Shown one piece after another: positions 16,927 through 23,870 of a DNA stretch of 24,000 nucleotides (position 1 is the first letter of the stretch; every line of letters starts with the position of its first letter). Under the pieces are notes generated by a model. The model had not been told where the DNA came from. It saw only the letters and a program-made list of their open reading frames with translations, and did no database searches. The DNA is taken from contig NZ_JPOJ01000001.1 of the NCBI RefSeq assembly GCF_000733855.1, positions 4,054,128 through 4,078,127 of the forward strand. Direction: 5' to 3'. This DNA comes from Methylomicrobium agile. Lineage in GTDB: Bacteria; Pseudomonadota; Gammaproteobacteria; Methylococcales; Methylomonadaceae. The translations under genes were made by a program, and so were the position numbers.

Positions 16927-18261
16927 ATGAATCGAAAACAAAAGATTTCAAGTTGGAACAATAAGATATTGATCGCTATCATGTGGATCGCTTATCTTCC
17001 TGCCGGCACTGAAGGAACGGTACTGGCTTCCCCTACCGAGCCCGGCGAAAGCGAACCCAAAGCAAAGGAAACTTCGGAACAACCGGAATCTTTTGAAAGT
17101 GAAAGCGCCTTGACAGGTGATTGGGGCGGTGTGCGATCGACTTTACTCGAAAACGGGATCAACATCGGCATTGCCAATACCGGCGACTTATTGGCCAACT
17201 CTCGAGGCGTAAGCGCCGATGTCCGCTATGCGAACCTGCTGGAGGCATCGCTTACGGCGGACATGGACAAGTTAGCGGGTTTGACCGGCGGTTCCCTGTA
17301 TATCATGGCGATCGGCACCCACGGAAGAGACCCGGGCGAGGCGACCGGCAGCATCGCCGCTCCGAGCAACCTGGCGGCCAACGATACCTTCAAACTCTTC
17401 GAAGCCTGGTACGAACAAACGTTCTTTAACGACCGGATCGGCATTCTGGCGGGACTCTACGCCGTCGATTCCGAGTTCGATGCGAAGGGAACCGCCGATG
17501 TTTTTCTCAACGGGGCGTTCGGCACGGGCCTGGACCTGTCCGAAACCGGGCTGAATGGTCCGTCGATCTTTCCGGTAACTTCGCTCGGCGTCAGAGTCCG
17601 CGCCAATATTACCGAGGAAATCACCCTGCGGGCGACGGTTCTGGACGGCGCTCCGGGCGATCCCGACCATCCCCGCGGCACACGGATCGGATTAAAGAAA
17701 GGAGACGGTCTGCTGATCATGAGCGAACTCGATTATCAGCCTCATGCATTCGACTTCCTGCGCTTCGGCGTGGGCTCGTGGTTGTATACTGCCGATTTCG
17801 ACGACCTGGCCGATACCCGGCCGAACGGCGATCCTGTGCGCCGAGAGGGCTCTTACGGGATCTATGGCTTTGTCGAAGGCGTGATCTTTAATGAACCGGA
17901 TACGGTCGATCAGGGACTCAGCGGTTTCTTACGCATCGGCAGCGCCGACGAAGACGTTAACCAGATCGGAACTTTCTATGGCGCAGGCTTAGTCTATACC
18001 GGCCTGTTCCCAAGCCGGGACGATGACGTGCTCGGACTGGGCGTAACGGTGGGAATCAACGGCGACAAGTACGAGCGTGCGCTGAAAAGCGCCGGCGGCT
18101 CCGTCAAGGATGCCGAAATAGCCCTGGAACTGACCTATCGGGCGCAGATAACGCCATGGCTCAGCCTTCAGCCGGTTCTCCAGTATTACATTAATCCGGG
18201 TACCGATCCCGCATTAAACGACAACATCGTAGGCGGGTTTCGGTATGGCGTCACTTTCTGA
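16927..18261 (+). CDS. OprB-family (carbohydrate-selective type) outer-membrane porin
   Basis: Family-typical start of the barrel LTGDWGGVRSTLLENGINIG and a C-terminal aromatic end GGFRYGVTF. Signal-like ILIAIMWIAYLPAG. The track start is 16900; ATG at 16927 has a GCAGGA SD 6 nt upstream. Confidence 0.8.
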   Translation: MNRKQKISSWNNKILIAIMWIAYLPAGTEGTVLASPTEPGESEPKAKETSEQPESFESESALTGDWGGVRSTLLENGINIGIANTGDLLANSRGVSADVRYANLLEASLTADMDKLAGLTGGSLYIMAIGTHGRDPGEATGSIAAPSNLAANDTFKLFEAWYEQTFFNDRIGILAGLYAVDSEFDAKGTADVFLNGAFGTGLDLSETGLNGPSIFPVTSLGVRVRANITEEITLRATVLDGAPGDPDHPRGTRIGLKKGDGLLIMSELDYQPHAFDFLRFGVGSWLYTADFDDLADTRPNGDPVRREGSYGIYGFVEGVIFNEPDTVDQGLSGFLRIGSADEDVNQIGTFYGAGLVYTGLFPSRDDDVLGLGVTVGINGDKYERALKSAGGSVKDAEIALELTYRAQITPWLSLQPVLQYYINPGTDPALNDNIVGGFRYGVTF

Positions 18262-18271
18262 GGAAGTCTGG

Positions 18272-18853
18272 GTGCCCTGTATGATAAACATAACTTCGAC
18301 AAGATTCCGGCCGTATTGGGCCTTGACAGCGTTAATGCTGATCGCCGGCTGCACGAGGACGATGATGGAGGAGGAATCGGCACATTCTTCTTCCGGCACA
18401 GCGGAGAATCATCCGAACCTTTGGAGATGCCCGCCAACGCGTGAAACGCCCCAGGCGCCCCAGTCCTATTACCTGAAACCAAACCCTTTGGCACGGACGC
18501 CCGGCAATATCGAAAAAGGAAAGCGGCTGTATGAAAGTGACGCCGCGCCTGTCTCGTGCGCGAACTGCCACGGGCTGTACGGCGACGGCCAGGGGCCGAT
18601 CGGCAAACATTTGCAGCCGCCGCCGACGGACTTCACCTGCAAAGCCCTCATGGAGTCTTTGCCCGACGGCCAGTTATTCTGGATCGTTGAAAATGGCTCG
18701 GGGCTTTATGAATTGACCCCCGGCCACAGCCGGGAAACGCTCAAACGGCCCGGGCGACGGCCGCGCTACACCGCCATGCGCGGCCACAAGAATGAGTTGA
18801 CCGAGGAGCAAATCTGGCAGTTGGTATTGTATATCAGGACATTCTCGAAATAA
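18272..18853 (+). CDS. Monohaem c-type cytochrome, predicted lipoprotein
   Basis: Single haem site CANCHG, distal Met region RYTAMRGH, class I C-terminal helix EEQIWQLVLYIRTF. Lipobox LMLIAGC. Start uncertain: the track gives 18245 (overlapping the porin); GTG at 18272 is 5 nt after AGGAAG; ATG at 18281 is also possible. Confidence 0.8.
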   Translation: MPCMINITSTRFRPYWALTALMLIAGCTRTMMEEESAHSSSGTAENHPNLWRCPPTRETPQAPQSYYLKPNPLARTPGNIEKGKRLYESDAAPVSCANCHGLYGDGQGPIGKHLQPPPTDFTCKALMESLPDGQLFWIVENGSGLYELTPGHSRETLKRPGRRPRYTAMRGHKNELTEEQIWQLVLYIRTFSK

Positions 18854-19044
18854 TCGCCGCCCGAATGAAGGATTGGATTTTCCAGAAACGGTTCTGTCAA
18901 ATGTGCGTACCCGCGAAGGTTCGGGCAGCGAGCGGCCGCGCCGACTTTTTCGACCGTCGGTTCGATAGCGAACGCATGCGCAAGATTATTCTTGCGGCGA
19001 GACAGTAATGAAGGATACAGGCAAATCTTTAGCAAAACCTTGGG

Positions 19045-19073
19045 TTGCCAATGCCTATCGGCGGGCATATACT
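19045..19073 (+). promoter_or_regulatory. Candidate sigma-70 promoter for the six-gene operon
   Basis: TTGCCA (19045-19050), 17-nt spacer, TATACT (19068-19073). This would give a leader of roughly 190 nt before the ATG at 19273. Sequence-only prediction. An alternative is TTCGAT (18961-18966), 17 nt, GATTAT (18984-18989). Confidence 0.35.
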
Positions 19074-19272
19074 CAAGCCGTCACCCCCGAACAAGGTTAC
19101 CCATGCCGCAAGACAACAGATGTTGGCGATTTAAATCGTACGGGCACCGATGCCTCACTTTCGAAAACACAAGCAGGATGCCGTAGTTTAAGCCGCCTGC
19201 CGGAGTTCGTAAAACACTTATACCGCTGGCAAGCCGCCGCCAGCCAACCGATTTTTTCCAGGAAGCGAATTT

Positions 19273-19614
19273 ATGCCTACCTTTGAACAACTGCGCGGCT
19301 ATCTCGACCGGGTCAATATCGCCCACCATATCCGGGGCCGTATCCGACTGCGCCTTCAGGCTTATCCCAAGGAACTGCCGCTACCCGATCCGGACGATAC
19401 CGGACAATTCCAAGCCCTGATCGAACAAACGCCCGGCGTGCGCTCGGTACGCATCAATCCGTTGGCGCGTTCCTGCCTGATCGAATACGACCCCCGGGTA
19501 ATCCCCGACCAAGCCTGGAAAGATTTCATTGCCGGCGATTCATCGGCCGCTGCGCTGATCCTGGAACACATCCTGCGCGACACTTATCAGGAGATCATTC
19601 ATGCCCAATTATGA
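19273..19614 (+). CDS. Small HMA-like (ferredoxin-fold) protein without CxxC; first gene of the fez-like operon
   Basis: 113 aa with an AGGAAG SD 7 nt upstream. RGRIRLRL...TPGVRSVRINPLARSCLIEYDP parallels the N-terminal domain of the ATPase (RGRVRFRY...IKGVLTVKVNPAICALVIEYEA). No CxxC site. The stop overlaps the next start by 14 nt. Confidence 0.7.
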   Translation: MPTFEQLRGYLDRVNIAHHIRGRIRLRLQAYPKELPLPDPDDTGQFQALIEQTPGVRSVRINPLARSCLIEYDPRVIPDQAWKDFIAGDSSAAALILEHILRDTYQEIIHAQL

Positions 19615-20296
19615 CGAAGCGATCCTGCGTTCCCGCAGGCTAAACCCCAACGCACCGTTTCCGCTGCTGCATCAGGCGGTACGTATCGCGCTGTACGACG
19701 AGTATGCGGCGCGCGCATTCTATGGCCGGGTGGTCGAAGCCTTCGGCCCGCGGCCGCCGTTCGCCAACATCGTGCGCGCCGAACAACGCCATGTTGAGGC
19801 GCTCTCCCGGCAATGCGAACGTTTAGGCATTCCCCGCCCGTTGGATCCGTTTCCGCAGGAAACCGAAATCGAACCGACCTGGCGGGCCAACTGCGAGCGC
19901 GCCGTGGTCGGTGAAATCGCCAATATTCGACTTTATCACGATTTGTTGCCGCATGTCGGCGATCCGCACGTCATCAGCGTCATGCAAAGCTTGCAGGCCG
20001 CTTCGCTGAACGACCATCTGCCGGCTTTTCAAGAAGCCGTCGCCGATGCCCTGGCACAGGAACACTACCATGCCGCTCAAGGCATTCCGCCGCAACAGGC
20101 CTACGAACATCACGGCCCGTTGGCCGATCTCCTGGAAAAACTCCTCGTCCAGCTTAGTCCGCACGCGGGCTCCTTCGGCTTGTTCAGCCCGCTGCTTCGC
20201 CGTACGACCCCCGCCATGCTGGCCGGTATCACCCTGGGCGGCGCCGGCGTTTATTTGTACCGCAACCGCTTAAGTCGTAGAAACCAGGAGAATTGA
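19601..20296 (+). CDS. Membrane-anchored ferritin-like protein (DUF2202-type four-helix bundle plus C-terminal TM helix)
   Basis: 231 aa with an AGGAG SD. Motifs ALYDEYAARAFY, FANIVRAEQRHVEAL (ExxH), VVGEIANIRLYHDLL, ASLNDHLPAFQ match my recollection of the DUF2202 ferritin-like family. C-terminal hydrophobic helix PAMLAGITLGGAGVYLY is followed by the basic tail RNRLSRRNQEN. Confidence 0.75.
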   Translation: MPNYDEAILRSRRLNPNAPFPLLHQAVRIALYDEYAARAFYGRVVEAFGPRPPFANIVRAEQRHVEALSRQCERLGIPRPLDPFPQETEIEPTWRANCERAVVGEIANIRLYHDLLPHVGDPHVISVMQSLQAASLNDHLPAFQEAVADALAQEHYHAAQGIPPQQAYEHHGPLADLLEKLLVQLSPHAGSFGLFSPLLRRTTPAMLAGITLGGAGVYLYRNRLSRRNQEN

Positions 20297-20297
20297 T

Positions 20298-20582
20298 ATG
20301 TTCCATTTAATCCGTTTTGCAGCCGGCGTAGTCACAGGGATTGTCGCCATTAAACTGATTCAAAGTAAATCGACTCAGGACACGCTCAAAAAAGCCGGCA
20401 AATCCACCCAGGCAACTTTGGAAAAAGCTCAGGACAAACTGCGCGACGCAACCGTCAACAGTCTTGAAGCCATCGAAAGCGCATCGGTCAAAGCCCGCGC
20501 CAAATTAACCAGCGAAGAAAAAGCGGCGACGAAAAAGATTTCCTCGCGCAAACACGAAAAAATCGAACCCGACCAGGAGTAA
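20298..20582 (+). CDS. Small single-pass membrane protein (N-terminal TM helix, charged helical tail; YtxH-like layout)
   Basis: 94 aa with an AGGAG SD; the start is 1 nt after the previous stop. LIRFAAGVVTGIVAIKLI has small-xxx-small spacing and is followed by a Lys/Glu/Ala/Thr-rich tail. Confidence 0.65.
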   Translation: MFHLIRFAAGVVTGIVAIKLIQSKSTQDTLKKAGKSTQATLEKAQDKLRDATVNSLEAIESASVKARAKLTSEEKAATKKISSRKHEKIEPDQE

Positions 20583-20587
20583 ACTTC

Positions 20588-20914
20588 ATGAAACACCTCT
20601 ACTATCCCTACGCCCCCGGCACAGTCGGAGCACGCGGCGACGGCAGTTTTACCAGGGGCTTTGTCGCCTCGGCCTGCATTTCCGCATTCCAGGATGTTGC
20701 CCATCCGGATTTTAAAGCCGATTACTTGCGGGTACTGCGCCACGGCCTGCAAGGCGGCACGGCGCTGGCGGCCGGTTCGCATGCGGCCCGATCACTGCAC
20801 CAGGGCGATTACACCAGTGCCCTGCTGTCCGTCGCCGTCGGCGCGGCCGGCGTGTTGTTGCTGGAGAACCTGCTGACCGATAAAGTGGAAACCAAGGAGG
20901 CCGGCGATGAGTAA
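20588..20914 (+). CDS. Small protein with C-terminal TM helix, unknown function
   Basis: 108 aa with an AGGAG SD and a 5-nt gap to the previous gene. C-terminal hydrophobic helix ALLSVAVGAAGVLLLENLL and an acidic end. The stop overlaps the next start by 8 nt. Confidence 0.6.
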   Translation: MKHLYYPYAPGTVGARGDGSFTRGFVASACISAFQDVAHPDFKADYLRVLRHGLQGGTALAAGSHAARSLHQGDYTSALLSVAVGAAGVLLLENLLTDKVETKEAGDE

Positions 20915-21476
20915 AAAACACCACAAAACACGAAACCGCGAAGGCTTCGATTACGGCTACGGCCAGCCTTGGCCAAGCGAAGGATTCGGCCCGGCCCAAG
21001 CGCCCTGGGGCGCCTACCCCCCGGGCTATGGCCAAGCGCACTCTGTTTACGGGCCGCAGCCCGGTTACGCGCCCGACATGGGCATGCCGCCGGAAGCACA
21101 CGGCCACGGTTACAACCACCACGATGACGCAGCCGCTTACGGTCCCGGTTACGGATCGACTTATGGGTATGGCGGCGGCTTTCGGCATTCCGGGAACGGC
21201 TACGGTTCCGACAATTATGCCCCGGGCGGTTTCAATCGCGATTTTTTGCGTGAGACGTCATCCCTGTTTTCGTCACAGCACACCGACCAGTTTCTGTTGG
21301 GCCTGCTATTAGGTGCCGGTGCGGCCTGGGTGTTGAGTGACGAGGAAATCCGCGGCAAACTGATCAAATCGGTGATGAAGGCCTATGCCGGCGTAGCCGG
21401 CGGTTTCGAAGAACTGAAGGAGCAAATGGCCGACATTCGCGCCGAAGTCGCCGCCGAACGCCACGGGGACGAGTAA
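20907..21476 (+). CDS. Gly/Tyr/Pro/His-rich low-complexity protein with TM helix and amphipathic C-terminus
   Basis: 189 aa with an AGGAGG SD. Residues 13-110 contain 25 Gly and 13 Tyr (GYG/YGP repeats, plus His/Asp/Pro). They are followed by FLLGLLLGAGAAWVL and a YtxH-like helical tail. TAATG overlap with the ATPase start. Confidence 0.65.
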   Translation: MSKKHHKTRNREGFDYGYGQPWPSEGFGPAQAPWGAYPPGYGQAHSVYGPQPGYAPDMGMPPEAHGHGYNHHDDAAAYGPGYGSTYGYGGGFRHSGNGYGSDNYAPGGFNRDFLRETSSLFSSQHTDQFLLGLLLGAGAAWVLSDEEIRGKLIKSVMKAYAGVAGGFEELKEQMADIRAEVAAERHGDE

Positions 21477-23626
21477 TGACCGCGACCTGGTTCGCCAAGC
21501 TTGAGACCGTGCATCGCAACCGCGGCCGGGTGCGTTTTCGCTATCGCTGCCGCAAAACCACGTCATTCGAACCGCGCCAAATCAGCCGCGCGGTCGAAGC
21601 GATCAAGGGCGTACTAACGGTCAAGGTCAATCCGGCCATTTGTGCGCTGGTCATCGAATACGAAGCCGGCATGACTGACGCCGATACGCTGGCCGCCGCC
21701 CTTCTCGCCTTGCCGCCGCCGGCCCATCCTTTGCCAAACGGTAAGGTGCTGGCCAGCGATGCGGCCCGCCTGGGCGCGGTGGCGATGAGCGGCGCGACCT
21801 TACTGGCCAGCCGCAATCTCCAGCCGGCTTTGCAAATGCCGGTCGCCTTCGGCACGGCGGTGCCGCTGCTCGGCGAAGCCATCGACGATTTTCTGGAAAA
21901 AGGCATTACCTCGCATGTGCTCGAAGCCCTGGCCGTCGCCATTTCAATCGGCCGCCACGATTATCTGGCCGCCAACACCACGTCGTTTTTATTGGCCTTG
22001 GGCGAATACCTGGAGCACTCCATCGCCCGGCGTTCGGACGATTTATTGAAACACCTGCTGGAACCCGGCAGCAGGGAAGTCTGGGTCGAACGCGACGGTG
22101 TCGAAACCCTGGTTGCAGCACAAGACGTCATCGTCGGCGACACCGTGATCGCCGCCACGGGCACGGTGATTCCGGTCGACGGCACGGTGCTGGGCGGCGA
22201 AGCACTGGTCAACGAAGCCACCATGACTGGCGAAAGCGTCCCGGTGGTACGGCGGCGGGGCAATAAAGCGCTGTCCGGCACCTTGGTCGAGGAAGGCCGC
22301 ATCCGGATTTATGCCGAACAGGTCGGCCGCCAGGCCGCCGCTTCGCGTATCGCCGACTTGGTCGAACAATCCTTGACCGTCAAAAGCGAAACCCAATTGG
22401 AAGCCTCGCGCCTGGCCGACAAAACCGTACCGCTGGTCCTGGCGCTGGCGGCAGCAACCTGGCTGATTTCACGCGACAGTGAACGGGTCGCCGCGGTCTT
22501 GCAGGCCGATTATTCCTGCGCATTGAAACTGGCTACCCCCGTGGCGTTCAAATCGGCGATGTACCGGGCCGGCCAAAGCAATATCCTGGTCAAAGGCGCC
22601 AATGCCCTGGAACGTTTGGCCAAAGCCGACACTTTCGTGTTCGACAAGACCGGCACCCTGACCAGCGGAACCTTGCAGGTCACCGATTCGATCACCTTCA
22701 ACCGGGACTACACGCCGGAAGATCTGATCAATCTGGCCGCTTCGGTCGAGGAGCATTATTTCCATCCGCTGGCGCAGGCCGTCGTCGAAGCGGCGCACAG
22801 CCTGGACCGCCACCAGCATTTCCACCATCAGGAGGTGGAGTTCGTCGTCGCCCACGGCGTCGCCAGCGTGATCGACGGCCAACGCATCGTGGTCGGCTCA
22901 CGGCATTTCATCGAAGACGACGAAGGCATTGCCATCGATGAATATCGCGAAGTGCTCGATAAAATCCATGCCGAGGGAAAAACCCTGCTGTATATCGGTT
23001 TCGGCGGCAAATTACTCGGCGTCCTGGTCCTGACCGACACCATCCGCCCCAACAGCGCCGCCATGATAGCGCGTTTGCGCACCTTGGGCGTCAAGCGCAT
23101 TCTGATGCTGACCGGCGACCATCACGACCGCGCGCGCCTGCTGGCGGAAGAATTGGGCCTGGACGAATTCCGCGCCGGTCTACTGCCGCACGAAAAAGCA
23201 CAGATTCTGGAAGAGCTGGCCGGACAAGGCGCCCGCCTCGCCTTTATCGGCGACGGCGTCAACGATGCGCCGGCCCTGAGCGGCTCCCTCGTCGGCATTG
23301 CGATGCATCGTGGCGCCGACATCGCCCGCCTAGCCGCCGACATTACCTTGCTGGAAGACGACATCGCCCGCGTCGCCGATGCCCGCGCCTTGGCCCTGGC
23401 GACAGCCAGGCTGATCGACAGCAATTTCAAGCTGACGGCGGGCCTCAATACCGGCATTTTATCGGCGGCCGCCATCGGCTGGCTGAATCCGATCAAGGCC
23501 TCGATGCTGCACAACGGCAGCACCATCGCCATCTTGCTGCGCGCGCTGCTGGGCGGCGGCATGCCGTCCAAAACCCAAACCCGCGCCGGCCGCCCACCGC
23601 CCAAACTCAAACGTTCAACCAGATAA
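21476..23626 (+). CDS. fezB: P1B-type ATPase with SCA transmembrane metal site (P1B-6 subgroup, FezB-like)
   Basis: 716 aa. P-type cores TGES (aa 251-254), DKTGT (22643-22657), MLTGDH, GDGVNDAP. TM4 reads DYSCALK (SCA at 22514-22522) instead of CPC/SPC/CPH. A late TM segment has LHNGST. The N-terminal HMA-like domain lacks CxxC. The ATPase call is firm; the fezB symbol is tentative and rests on the SCA motif plus operon content. Confidence 0.85.
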   Translation: MTATWFAKLETVHRNRGRVRFRYRCRKTTSFEPRQISRAVEAIKGVLTVKVNPAICALVIEYEAGMTDADTLAAALLALPPPAHPLPNGKVLASDAARLGAVAMSGATLLASRNLQPALQMPVAFGTAVPLLGEAIDDFLEKGITSHVLEALAVAISIGRHDYLAANTTSFLLALGEYLEHSIARRSDDLLKHLLEPGSREVWVERDGVETLVAAQDVIVGDTVIAATGTVIPVDGTVLGGEALVNEATMTGESVPVVRRRGNKALSGTLVEEGRIRIYAEQVGRQAAASRIADLVEQSLTVKSETQLEASRLADKTVPLVLALAAATWLISRDSERVAAVLQADYSCALKLATPVAFKSAMYRAGQSNILVKGANALERLAKADTFVFDKTGTLTSGTLQVTDSITFNRDYTPEDLINLAASVEEHYFHPLAQAVVEAAHSLDRHQHFHHQEVEFVVAHGVASVIDGQRIVVGSRHFIEDDEGIAIDEYREVLDKIHAEGKTLLYIGFGGKLLGVLVLTDTIRPNSAAMIARLRTLGVKRILMLTGDHHDRARLLAEELGLDEFRAGLLPHEKAQILEELAGQGARLAFIGDGVNDAPALSGSLVGIAMHRGADIARLAADITLLEDDIARVADARALALATARLIDSNFKLTAGLNTGILSAAAIGWLNPIKASMLHNGSTIAILLRALLGGGMPSKTQTRAGRPPPKLKRSTR

Positions 23627-23642
23627 CTCCTCAGGAAACCCC

Positions 23643-23870
23643 ATGACATTGAAAGATCTCTCCATTGGCGACCGCGCCAAAGTGCTCGGCTTCAACGAAA
23701 CCGGCAAGGCCTACCGGCGCAAACTCCTGTCCATGGGCCTGACGCCCGGTACCGAGATCAGCCTGATCCGGGTCGCGCCAATGGGCGATCCGGTCGAAAT
23801 TCTGATCCGCGGTTATTCGCTTTCGCTACGCAAAGGCGAAGCCGATGCATTGACCATCGACAAACTCTGA
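23643..23870 (+). CDS. feoA: Ferrous iron transport protein A
   Basis: 75 aa with the FeoA SH3-like pattern [12 protein letters not shown]...[30 protein letters not shown]; the start is 16 nt after the ATPase stop; ATGA overlap with feoB. Confidence 0.9.
   Translation: MTLKDLSIGDRAKVLGFNETGKAYRRKLLSMGLTPGTEISLIRVAPMGDPVEILIRGYSLSLRKGEADALTIDKL

Noticed and set aside
18980-18995. Palindrome GCAAGATTATTCTTGC considered as a fourth Fur box controlling the fez-like operon
   Set aside because: Its half-site spacing is one base shorter than in the three local Fur boxes, and only about half the positions align. It is kept only as a generic operator candidate in the leader finding.
19008-19286. 92-aa ORF in the leader of the six-gene operon
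   Set aside because: It has no SD, odd composition, and spans the predicted promoter and hairpin. It is treated as non-coding leader.
21541-23649. Several minus-strand ORFs (133, 113, 117, 137 and 175 aa) inside the ATPase gene
   Set aside because: They are antisense shadows of a motif-complete P-type ATPase.
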